The position numbers and the translations under genes are program-made. The notes beneath the pieces are model-generated. The model saw only the letters and a list, made by a program, of their open reading frames with translations. It had not been told where the DNA came from and did no database searches. From Octopus vulgaris (lineage: Eukaryota), in contig OX597824.1 in NCBI GenBank assembly GCA_951406725.2, forward strand, positions 57,164,001 to 57,228,000: a DNA stretch of 64,000 bases. The letters are read 5' to 3'. Positions 1-13,629 of this stretch are shown here, one piece after another (the stretch's first letter is position 1; each line of letters starts with the position of its first letter).

Positions 1-51
1 TATGTATTTTTAAGCCATATTATATATTCATGTATATATATATATATATAT

Positions 52-1489
<1,438 letters not shown>

Positions 1490-1490
<1 letters not shown>

Positions 1491-1511
1491 TTCTTCTTCT
1501 TCTTATTATTA

Positions 1512-1609
<98 letters not shown>

Positions 1610-1610
1610 A

Positions 1611-1650
<40 letters not shown>
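1490..1650. repeat. (ATT)n followed by (TA)n microsatellite
   Basis: Directly visible. Confidence 0.95.
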
Positions 1651-1651
<1 letters not shown>

Positions 1652-2097
1652 ACATAGGGTAATATTAATTAATTAAGAAGTAATCAATAATTTCACCAAG
1701 TAGAATTCGGCATGAAAAAGGACCATTTCACGGTAAACTTAAGTAATACTTTATAATTAGGGTTCACTAACGATTTGCTTTACCACATACCGAAGTCCAG
1801 AAATAGCAGCCAAAAAACCTTAGCTATTTCTTCTACTTTAAAAAGGGACTCCCAGAAAAACCAAAATACTTGAAAACAATCCACGCAGGCAGAGAGAAAA
1901 AATAATGAAAATCAATCTATATCTGGTCTGATTTTCATTATTTTTCCTCTCTGCCTGCGTGGATTGCTTTCAAGTATTTTGGTTTTTCTGGGAGTCCCTT
2001 TTTAAAGTAGAAGAAATAGCTAAGGTTTTTTGGCTGCTATTTCTGGACTTCGGTATGTGGTAAAGCAAATCTTTGCTGAACCCTAATTTTAAAGTAT
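1637..2097. mobile_element. TA-embedded foldback element with ~169-bp inverted arms (1746-1914 / 1929-2097), probably a PLE pLTR derivative
   Basis: Near-perfect reverse complement arms with a 14-nt loop, flanked by (TA)n and (TA)n(CA)n. Confidence 0.75.
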
Positions 2098-2111
2098 ATA
2101 TATATATATAT

Positions 2112-2633
<522 letters not shown>

Positions 2634-2743
2634 GTAAAGGAGAAGTTGACCTCGGCGCAATTTGAACTCAGAACGTAAAGACGGACGAAATACCGCTAAG
2701 CATTTAGCCTGGTGTGTTTAACGATTTTGCCAGCTCACTGCCT
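2634..2743 (-). mobile_element. SINE family B, 5' fragment
   Basis: gacctcggcgcaatttgaactcagaacgtaaagacggacgaaataccgctaagcattt matches the other family B copies. Confidence 0.8.
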
Positions 2744-2824
2744 TTAATATGCATAATTAAATATATAGACATACATAGTAAAGCTATACACATGTAACGA
2801 GTATCTGAAAGAATAAAGTTATAG

Positions 2825-3385
2825 CTATAGATAGATGGATAGAGGGAGAGAGAGGAAGAAGAAAACAAAAAAGAAGAGGAAGTAGAAGAGAGAGAAGAAA
2901 GAGAAGACAAAAAGAAGAGGAAAAAAGAAGTAAAATAAGAAGAAAAAAGAAAAGGAAAAATAAGAAAAAGCATAAAAAGAATAAAAGGAAAAGGAGGAGG
3001 AGGAGAAGAAGAGGAAGAAAAAGAAGAAGAAGAAGAAGAAGAAGAAGAAGAAGAAGAAGAAGAAGAAAAAAAGAAGAAGCAGTAGAAGAAGAAGCAGAAG
3101 AAGAAGAAAAAAAAGAAGAAGCAGTAGAAGAAGAAGCAGAAGAAGAAGAAAAAAAGAAGAAGCAGTAGAAGAAGAAGCAGAAGAAGAAGAAAAAAAGAAG
3201 AAGCAGTAGAAGAAGAAGAAGAAGAAAAAGAAGAAGCAGTAGAAGAAGAAGCAGAAGAAGAAGAAAAAAGAAGAAGCAGTAGAAGAAGAAGCAGAAGAAG
3301 AAGAAGAAGAAGCAGAAGGAGGAGAAGGAGGAGAAGAAGAAGAAGAAGAAGAAGAAGAGATAGGGGAGGAGAAGGAGAGAAAATA
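2825..3385. repeat. Polypurine (GAA)n compound satellite
   Basis: (GAA)n with a recurring gaagcagtagaagaagaagcag unit. Confidence 0.9.
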
Positions 3386-3874
3386 AGTGAATGAGTGAAC
3401 TGCAGCTAACAAAAAGAAAAGAAGTATCTTATTACGAGAAAGGTCCGGCATGCTTCATTGGTCGTTGGCCATATATTAACAATGTCAACTTAATCACATA
3501 CAGCCCTGTCTCATCTCACTTCTAGATAAACAGATCACAACCTCACTGATGATACACAAATATGGCGTAATACAATAGCTATCCCGTCAGCTTTTGTAAA
3601 TAATCTATTTCAATAGTAAACAACACAATAACAAAAGAAAAATATAAAAATTTATATTAAAAAATCTATTTAAAGAACAGCAGAAAACGAATAAAGCTCA
3701 AGGTGACGCGTCTTTGAACTTTTATGTTTGGGTCCATTTGTAAAATGGTAGCAGCTTGCTCATGAAAAGGGCGTGTAGGGTATAGTGTATGTGGAACTGT
3801 CACCATCGCACCGAAAATGGCGGTGTGTTGATATATTTGTTTCGGACCGTGTTAGTGTGTGTATGTGTGTGTGC

Positions 3875-3943
<69 letters not shown>

Positions 3944-4008
3944 AGGGAGGGAGAAAAAGGGACAGGGAAAGAGAGGGTGAGAGCATGTGTCTTCAGTTAC
4001 TTGTATTT

Positions 4009-4257
4009 TATTCTTTTGTGTTTGGGGAGAGTCATTTTCTTTTTGTGCCTTATAATTTAACACACTCGCCGGTATAATTTCCACTTATTTCTTATTTTTA
4101 TTTTCCTAAAATTTTCGTTGCGTCTTGCAACCTTTTCAATAGTCAAGACGCAAATTTTAGGAAAATAGAAATAAGAAATAAGTGGAAATTTTACCGGTGA
4201 GTATGTTAAATTATAAGGCACAAAAAGAAAATGACTCTCCCCAGACACAACAGAATA
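4009..4257. mobile_element. Foldback mini-element with ~107-bp arms and an HHR-like motif at its centre
   Basis: ggggagagtcattttctttttgtgccttataatttaac is the reverse complement of gttaaattataaggcacaaaaagaaaatgactctcccc. Confidence 0.75.
4105..4143 (-). ncRNA. Minimal type I hammerhead-like motif with U3-A8 core
   Basis: Minus strand reads CUA UUGAAAA G GUUGC-aagac-GCAAC GAAA AUUU UAG: stem I CUA/UAG, 5-bp stem II, loopless palindromic stem III. Confidence 0.55.
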
Positions 4258-4334
4258 TGCTTCAACACACGAACTCATATAAAGAATATTGCAAACCAAA
4301 TCCAAAAACGAAATATTTTATTCTCGTTTTAGAT

Positions 4335-4650
4335 ATAGTCAGGTGGAGCGAGACTGGTAAAAATGACACTACGGTGTTCTGCAGGAAAAGTGGGCTTGAG
4401 AAAGGAGTTCCAGATGAATAAAGGTCTGTGGAGAAAGGGAGAGACTATGGGGTGAGTGTGGGTCCTGAAAGATGAGACGCAGTATAGCGAGAGGTGAAGC
4501 AGGTATGTCAGGTTGTTAGGTTGGAATGCAGATACCGTTTTAGAAGCGATACAATAGACAAAGTAAGATGGCATCTCGCCTGTGCACAAGAGCTGGAAGT
4601 ATATTGGTGAATACGATTTATTTGGATCCAGTTTGGATCAGTTAATTTGC
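4335..4650 (-). mobile_element. Decayed LINE ORF2 C-terminal fragment (CR1/L2/Jockey-like)
   Basis: Minus-strand translation LPALVHRRDAILLCLLYRF*NGIC ... LFIWNS resembles the L.HRR...LFY and WN.L motifs. Confidence 0.45.
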
Positions 4651-6005
4651 TCCACATGATGCAGCGATAATTCTATTTAGTTATCGCTGGAATTTCGCAG
4701 TGATTCAGGAGCTGTTCAACTGTATAACACTAAGGTAGCTCTTATCCACCAGAGCATTGATCAAAATGACTGTTCTTATCTAGCTTCCACTCAGCTCTCA
4801 TAAAGCAAACCTGTAATCAAAGTATTTTCTGATCTTGATGAGGAAGTTTGTCATTGGCACACAGTCGTTGTAGTTTACGACCAAGTATACTTAATGATAA
4901 AATGCATTCCAGCATTCCAACTGTTGTCCCCTTGTCTTTTTAGGCATGTTTAGAATTACATTCACTAACAAAAAAAGCAACAGAAATAAAATTTTGAAAA
5001 AGAGGGTAATCTCCAAAAGCTGATAGAATGAGTCCGTTAGCAAGCTTTAACAGCATCAAGTAGTCCTTGTTTACCTTTAGAGCAGGCTTCTTTACTTTCC
5101 CTGTTGTATTAGTCAGTACATAAAATTAGTCAGTACATAAAAGATATAAGCAATTCAACTATATATTTGATGTGCTTCTAGTTTCACTGTTTGTGTGGTA
5201 TCGCCATTTCTATTTATTAATGACTGAAAACGAGGTCGTTATTGTCCAAGGAACGTAATCATAAGGGAGATGGGGGTAAATTATTTTCTCGTTTGGTTTA
5301 AAGTTATGAAATTATGGAGGGCTGTATATAATGAATAAATGCACTCACGTTCATATCCCGCACACATAGAAATACATGGTTGATTCGAGTATCTGTATAA
5401 ATAGTGCATATTTTATGGGATGTATTTATGCATGCAATCATGCATAGGTCGGCATACACACATACATCGTACATACTGATGCCATCAATTTACATATTCA
5501 TACACACATACATGCACTTATAGATGTCATTTCCCTTTACATGCACATATACAAACACCCTTACATATACATCTAGTCGCGCACACACGTACATACACAT
5601 ATATATATATATACATATATCAGCGAATTCCCTGATACATCTTTGTCCGTTTAGGAATTTACATTCCAAAATACATTGTATGCACAGAGGTAATGTTATT
5701 AAATATCATTAGTATATATTCCCTGTATATGTGGTGTGATTAAACACACTTAAAATTGCCTGTGTAACCGCTTACAACATCAAAAACCCATGTATAATTA
5801 CCCATAGTACAGAGATGTCCACATACAAGGCATGTCTATACGACCTCCACATATACGTCGGCGCTTACGGTTACGAATACACCCTTTTAAAGCCAAGTCG
5901 AGTCTAGATGAGGGCATGTCGTGAAAATGAGGGCGGTTAAAATCTTGGTGGCGGTGGGTAGAGAGAACAGAGGGGAGATAGATAGGTATATAGATAGATA
6001 GACGG

Positions 6006-6075
<70 letters not shown>

Positions 6076-6719
6076 GGAAGAAATATGGGTTAAAAATAAA
6101 AAAGTGGGTGTTAGTGTGTTCGGTTGTCCCTGTTAAGTTCTGAGTGGGTTTATTTGGCGTTTGGGCTAGTAAAGGCAGTGGTATTGCATTCCATTAACGA
6201 AGTAAATGTTTACTGGGATGTTTTCTTTTACTAAACATTTCAGATATGATAATTTAAGTAGATGTTAGTCGTAAGTGTATTCGAGAGTATGATGCTCTTC
6301 TCAGTTGTGCTGGTGTCACATCATTTTCCATTTATGTTGGATTTGCATTGTTTTAGTATTTTTCACTTTATGTTAAATTCCTTGCCACTGATTTGTAAGC
6401 TCTAGATGTGACTTGATAATTTAGTGACGTTTCCCTTTCCAATATGCCTGAACGTAGCAGTGTGGTAGTTATATCGATCTTTGAAGCGCTTGCCGTCATA
6501 TCTAAATATAATTCAGTTAGGCATTGGAAGTGGGACTAGTGGTGGCAACGTCAGCTTCGCATACCATAATTGTGAGCTGCGCGACATTATTAGAGAGTTT
6601 GTTGTTCGGTTTTGTAGTTGTATGAGGCATCGATGTTTGTTGTGTGAGATTTCGTTATGAGGATTTCATGTACTCATACGCACATACAGACAGTGGATAT
6701 ATATATGCTCGCTGTCTTT

Positions 6720-6785
<66 letters not shown>

Positions 6786-6834
6786 ACACACACATGCATA
6801 CACGTATGCATACTTATATATCTATGTGCATATT

Positions 6835-7050
6835 TTTGTGTTTGTCCTCCACTACCGCTTTACCACTGTTGATGAATTGTTTACGTCACTATTGTCTGCG
6901 GTTCGGCAAAAAGGGACCGATGGAATAAGTGCCAGGCTTAAAAATAAATACTGTGGCCGATTTGTCCGACTAAACCCCTCAATGCGGTGTCAAAGCATGG
7001 CTGCAGTCCAATGGCTGCAGTCCAATGGCTGAAACAAGTGAAAGATAAAA
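6835..7050 (+). mobile_element. SINE family A, 3' part
   Basis: gcggttcggcaaaagggaccgatggaataagtgccaggctt ... gcatggctgcagtc ... ctgaaacaagtgaaaga. Confidence 0.8.
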
Positions 7051-7146
7051 TGAGATATATACGCATCTTAGACACACATCTTAGACACACACAGACATAA
7101 AAACATACACATATATAAATATACATAAGCATATATATATCTATCT

Positions 7147-7197
<51 letters not shown>

Positions 7198-7210
7198 GAT
7201 ATACATGCAT

Positions 7211-7251
<41 letters not shown>

Positions 7252-7668
7252 TATATGTATATACATATACTACAGGCTAACTCGTGGTTTGCGTCTACTA
7301 AATTTCAGTGCTATGGGCCATTCCCAGCCTCTAACAGAAGATTCAGGCATTTTGTGATCAAGCTCGGAACCATGTTATGAAGTAAAGTGTTCAACCTCAT
7401 AAGTTTGGCTGTTATTTCTACCAGAAATAAACAGTCACGTATTGCATTTCAGGAGTTTAGAGAGAAGAAAGTTTTTTTATTGGTCAGCAAAAAAATTTTG
7501 AAACCCCCTAGAATTTCTAATTTATTTATAGAAATAAACACTTAGAAGTGTTTACTACTTCGTACCATTTGAATGTTGTAGAAATCATTACTTGTTTATT
7601 GCACATGCATACATATACAGGCAGACAGACAAACACACATTCACATATGCACGAAAATAAGCACGTGC

Positions 7669-7882
7669 GCAGAAACGTTAGCGCGCCGGGCGAAATGTGT
7701 AGCCGTATTTCGTCTGTCGTTACGTTGTGAGTTCAAATTCCGCTGAGGTCGACTTTGCCTTTCATACTTTCGGGATCGATAAATTAAGTACCAGTTACGC
7801 ACTGGGGTCGATGTAATCGACTTAATCCCTTTGTCTGTCCTTGTTTGTCCCCTCTATGTTTAGCCCCTTGTGGGTAGTAAAG

Positions 7883-7886
<4 letters not shown>
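7669..7886 (+). mobile_element. SINE family B (Nin/Deu-like central domain)
   Basis: B-box-like gagttcaaattcc, followed by gactttgcctttcatactttcgggatcgataaattaagtacc. Confidence 0.85.
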
Positions 7887-7917
<31 letters not shown>

Positions 7918-7921
<4 letters not shown>

Positions 7922-8074
7922 AGTGGCTCTGCGATAAATAGCTTGCTTACAAACCACATGGTTCGAGTTCAGTCTCACTGAGTAGCACTTTGGGCAAGTG
8001 TCTTCTGCTATAGCCTCAGACCGACAAAGCGTTGTGAGTAGATTTGGTAGATGGAAACTGAAAGAAGCCCGTCG

Positions 8075-8105
<31 letters not shown>

Positions 8106-8325
8106 ATATGTTTGTGTGCCTGTGTTTGTCCCCCCAACATCGCTTGCCAACCGATGCTGGTGTGTTTATGTCTCTGTCTAATAGCGGTTCGGCAAAAGAG
8201 ACCGATAGAATAATTACTAGGCTTATAAAGAATAAGTCTTAGGGTAGATTTGCTCGACTAAAGGTGGTGCTCCAGCATGGCCGCAGTCAAATGACTGGAA
8301 CAAGCAGAAGAATAAAAAAAAAAGA
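7918..8325 (+). mobile_element. SINE family A, near full length
   Basis: tRNA-like head (gtggct... ggttcgagttcagtc), internal (TA)/(TG) tract, conserved 3' body and A-rich tail. Confidence 0.9.
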
Positions 8326-9371
8326 ATATGTATATATACATATACTTGTACACATGTCCATACAGACATATGTGCACACGTATTTATATGTATACTTGCA
8401 TATACTTAAATAATTCACATATACACAAGTATTTATGCATATTTTTATACGCGTATGTATGTGTGTGTATATATATTGTATAAATAATATATGTATAGTA
8501 TGTCTTGTTTTATGTGTGTGCTGCTTTATCTCTACATTACATTTTTGTATTCCGTGATATTTGTATTTTTTATTTATTCATTGATATTATCAAACCTGAC
8601 ACCACAGATAGACACACACACACACACACATACACACACACACATGCATAAGCATGCATAAACAGAGATACTCACATTCACTCACAATAGCAACAAACAG
8701 CAAATTGTAAATTAAAAAAAGAAAAAAGGAAAAGCTCAAATAATCCCTCCTTGTTTACTCTTGGGAGTTGAGAAATTCAAATCTCTATGGAAACAACGCT
8801 GTATGTGATAGTGGTATTGATTTTCGTTAGTTGAGATAAGTAGAAGAGGTGGCAGAATAGGGGAGAAGACGAAAAGAAGTAGATGAGAAATATGATGATG
8901 ACGATGATGATGACAATAATGACGACTATGACGACGACGACGACGACGATAATGATGATGATGGTGATGATGGTAATGAAGATAATGATGACAGCGACGA
9001 TGATGAAATTTTAAAGCTGAAATGTTAGTCAACAATCGAATCTCTATGGCCAATTGTTCGCTGGTTTTTGCATTTGATACTAGAACTAGTTTCTTAGTTT
9101 TATTTTGTTGTTCCGGGATAGACTCGAAAGAATTCTTCGCCAAAAACAAATTCTTCTGTTTCATCATCAATGAAACTATTGTATTCTCCTAAAAATGTAT
9201 TTTCTTTTGCCTTTTCCTTTTAATTTGGGTGACTAAATATATTCTAGTTAGAGGAGAACAACAAAACTACTTCAAACTTTGATTATTAGACGACAGAAAA
9301 TATGCGCAGTCGGTTACAACAAAACTATTCCCTCACATCTATTGCGAGACTGTACGGTAGAGTTGAGCAAA

Positions 9372-9500
9372 TCAATATCTATAAAGTTGAAATGCGAAAA
9401 AGTTGTTTGATTTCTTGGTTGTTTGTCTCATTTGGGGATGGGAACGGTTTAAGGGCCGGTAGATGGGGTCGGATTGGCGCCAAAATTTACAGGGACATGT
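9372..9500 (+). mobile_element. Helitron-like non-autonomous element, 5' segment
   Basis: About 125 bp closely matching 11837-11960, starting at A|TC. Confidence 0.55.
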
Positions 9501-9991
9501 AAAAAGAGGCGAGGAAGCGACTGGACTATGTTAGGAACCCCTACCTCAAACGCTGTGGTTACTAGGGCAACAAAACCCAGACTTTGACAAGTGTTTGTCG
9601 TTTCTCCCTTTCGGATATCACCCTGTCTTCCTCGATCTCTCTCTTTCCTTCTTTCCCTTCAATTTCTCTCTATAAAGACGTCTGACAGCATCCACTCTCA
9701 TTCCCTCTCCGCCTTCGCCGTCTCTCTGTCACTCTTTCTCCCATCACCTCTCTCACTGTACGCCTGTCTGTATCTATAGAGAGAAAGCGTTGAGAGCCGC
9801 AAAAGTCTAAATATTTCCGCTACAGGTCTTTTAGAACGGTGAATTATTATCACACACCACCACCGCACAATTATAACATATATTATTAATCAGATATATT
9901 GTGTTAATATATATATATATATGTACATTTTCGTATTTCAGCTTTATAGATATTGATTATATATATATATGTATACACATTATATATTTAT

Positions 9992-10025
<34 letters not shown>

Positions 10026-10059
10026 GTGTGTGTGTGTGTGTGTATAAATATATATATAA

Positions 10060-11675
10060 TGTGTATAGAGTGATTTTATTCTTTATTTGTGACTGAATTC
10101 TATTTACACTTATTGATAAACCATTAATGTTCCCATTCACAATCTTCATTGATAAAGCGTATTTGTTCCTCACGCTTAATGAATTCTTCAACAATTTATT
10201 CTTTTTTTGCTAATAACGTAATTCCATGAGTATTCTTATAAACGCTGTAAAGACGTTTTCCGATTCAAAATTTTAGTTCATTACAAAACCTCGCTAAGAT
10301 AAGTATTTATTTATATTTAAGATCTTTAAATTGTAAATTTTAATATTTTATAAGTCTTTGGTGTAATAATATTTTTCTTATGTAAATATCGTTGTTTATG
10401 TAATGATCTAATTATCGTAATTTTCTATATTATTAGATATCAAAATTAAGTTTATTCGTAAGATATTACTTAGCGATAGATTTGTTGTTTGATAGCAAGT
10501 ATACGAGTTGTTTAAAGTTAGGTTTTTGTATATACATGTATTAATAGTATTAATTGTAGTTTTAAATTTCTTATAATTAAAATTAGATAAACTTAGATAA
10601 ACTTAGATATGTTTCGACCAACGATTGGTCCAGGCCATGTCTAACTTAATAGCATAACTTAGTTATTGTCTTTTTAAATTGATATTCGCTAGTATATTCC
10701 CATTGATAAATATATTCGATACTATATAACTACGAATTGATTATTTCTATAAGTATTTTAAATAAGATTTCCGAAAGTTCGTTTAAGTTTATTTGTTTGT
10801 ACTTTTGAAATTAGCTATTTCATCTTTAAATATGAAAAATTAATTTATTAGGTCTTTATTATATGTGCATATATATTTATTTATAGAGATTATTTTAGAT
10901 CTTAATTATAATATTTATATACATTTATATATTTTCATTGATAATTTATATATAGTATATATATATATTTTTAAAAATATTTATGTAATTAGATATAGAC
11001 TATTACCGATATTAGATTATTGGTGGGTTTCTTACCTTATAAATTAAAATTAATATTTAACATTATAATCGATTTTGATATAATAATAATTGTTAAGTTT
11101 TAAGATTCTAGTTTGATAATAGAGTTTATTATAAGTAAAATTATTATATTATTTATATCTTTAAAATATTGTTTAAATATTTCTAATTATTTTAAAAATA
11201 TTTCAATTAACTTCAAGATTGACTGTAACCACAACTCGAATTATTAATTGAATTTAAATTATTGTTATTCGAATTGGTACAGCCATGAAACGATCGTAGT
11301 GTTTTACTCTTTATCTTTTATTAAACTTTTAATACTTTTGATATTTATATATAAAACAAATAAATAAATAAATTAATTAATAAATAAAATAATATATAAA
11401 TATAAAGATATACATACATATATACATATATATATATATTTGTATATATATATATTTAAAATTTATAAGTTTAAATTATTTAAATAATTTTTTAATTTTT
11501 AATTTTTATTTTTAAAATTAATTTTATGTATTGGCTTATGTTTTTCACTGTTTGATTTGCCTAATAGTGGTTTTATCTCTAATTTAATATAATATAATAT
11601 AATATATTTATACTATAAAATTGGATTTAATCCTAAATCTAATTTTTCCCTGTAAGTTTGGATTTATTCCCTAAG
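10060..11675 (-). mobile_element. AT-rich repeat copy 2; L1/Tx1-like 5' region running into the start of an APE-like ORF2
   Basis: Homologous to 150-1490. The minus-strand ATG at 10149 reads MKIVNGNINGL, resembling the APE motif (I.SWNVNGL), and is cut off by a microsatellite. Confidence 0.45.
10586..10653 (-). mobile_element. ~65-bp extreme 3' end of the CR1-like LINE seen at 57075
   Basis: aaacttagatatgtttcgacca..gattggtccaggccatgtctaacttaatagca is shared with 57087-57141. Confidence 0.8.
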
Positions 11676-11836
11676 AGACGACGATCTCTTGGGGCTATAA
11701 AGCTACAGTAACACCCCCTCCCCAATGTGGTTAGCCATGATAAGATGGCTTCTATACTTTACATTATCGAGCGATTACTGTTTTAATCTCATTCTGAGAT
11801 TTAATTATGCTTATTATTATATGTATATATATATAA

Positions 11837-12929
11837 TCAATATCTATAAAGCTGAAATACGAAAATGTTTGATTTCTTGGTTATTTGTCTCATTTTGGGA
11901 TGGGAACGGTTTAAAGGGCGGTAGATGGGGTCGGATTGGCGCCAAAATTTACACTGGGGGGTAAAATAGGGTGGGCAATGGTGTGAGAAGGCTGCAATTC
12001 GCTTGGGACTACCGTTTGGTTGCCATGGTGAGGAATATGGGAAAAATTGAGTCTTATGGGATAGACAGGTTGCGCTGTTTGAATAATGGTGGCTTTTTGT
12101 GTTGCTGCAGAGGCGGTTATCTTTAATCTAATCTATGAAGTGAAGAAGGGGGACGTTGATAAAAATTGGATTTTTATGGATTAAAATTTACGGGAGTGGG
12201 TAACTTGAAGTGAGAAATTGATTGGAAGACGTTTTGGGGCGCTACAGTGGTTGCTTTGGTGTGAAAACGGGGATTTTCTTGATTTTTGGGGACACTTGGG
12301 GGTCTAGATTGGACAGCTTTTGCCCGATTTCAATCAAATTTTCAACATGGTAAAGTGGAAGAGGATTTGTAATTTAAGCGCGGTAAATGGGTTCGAAATT
12401 ATGAAAATTAAGGTAAGGCTTAATTTCTCCTTTTTACGTATTTTTGTCTTTTATTTTTTATCCTTTACAGTTTTCATTTTTTCTGAAAGAAATTTACAGC
12501 TGCATGTAGCGCTTGTTTAGCGATTTCCTTTACATGGTCAATCGTCGAAAAATTCCCAAAATAAGTACTAAATTTAACAACGAAAGCCTTTTTTTCTTTA
12601 TTTTTAATCGCTCAAATAGTGGCACGTACAAAAGGCAAGTGTACTTTCCGTTGTCACTGCCTGATATTTATGATTGATCTTTCTAAATATTTTCTTTCTC
12701 AACTTACTCAAGATCTTTTGTTTTTAATAAATGGGAGAAAGATAGATAGATAGAGAGTAAGAGAAAGCGAGAGAGAGTCCGAGAGAAAAGAAGAGTAAGA
12801 GAGTGGGAAAGTGAGAGAGAAAGGAGAGAGAAACGAAGAGGGAGAATGTGGCGATAAGAAACAGAAAGGGAGCAACTAAATTAACAACCACACCCTCACC
12901 CGCGCGTAGAGCGGGTCACCTTAAGCTAG
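11837..12929 (+). mobile_element. Non-autonomous Helitron
   Basis: 5' A|TC; 3' GC hairpin ACCCGC-gcgtaga-GCGGGT (12898-12916) followed by CTAG|T at 12926-12930; no TSD. Confidence 0.7.
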
Positions 12930-13382
12930 TTTAGAGAATGAATCCAATTCATAACAGTGGCTTAAGTCTAATTTATCGGTCCCATTGGAGAGAAGAGTCA
13001 ATGTTTGTGAGATATGAAGCTACAATAGTGGCAACGATGTAACCTATACCTAGAGCTATTGATCTGCTAAAAATAATTGCCAAATCCTCTTCAAATTTTA
13101 TTCCGTCGTGTTTAAAAACAGATGAGTATTTTGGATAAACCGGTCATAAATATACAATTACATTTTCTCTGATTATTAATCTCAGTCTCTGAATATTTAC
13201 ATCTACATTCTACATTATCTTTCAATCAGTTTGTACTCCTTTTGTATAAGGTGTTTTATTCCTGAACATGTATGCAACTCGACTGGATTCGAACTATTCA
13301 TATTGTTGTTGAGAACGTTAATTTAGAAGAAAAATTTCTAGATCAATCAACTCCAGTATTCTATTGACGGCCAGGAGTATTA

Positions 13383-13418
13383 CACCTGATGACGACTGGA
13401 GAGTTGAAACGAAGTATA
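13383..13418 (+). ncRNA. Degenerate hammerhead-like core
   Basis: CUGAUGA C GACU-ggag-AGUU GAAAC gaa GUA; stem I is poorly supported. Confidence 0.35.
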
Positions 13419-13629
13419 GATGGAAATATTTAAAGATGTTTCATCATTAGAAAGAGGTTAAAAATTTATAGATGTATTAAGGACAGCTGATTTAACCATC
13501 GTTCTACTGTGTCAGAAAGGAAAAGATAACAGTGAACCATTGATAGAATTATGGTAAAACGATTAAAATTTTCCACATGGGACATAAAAAGACGTCATTA
13601 AGAACCTATGAATGCTTGATCTAAATTGA

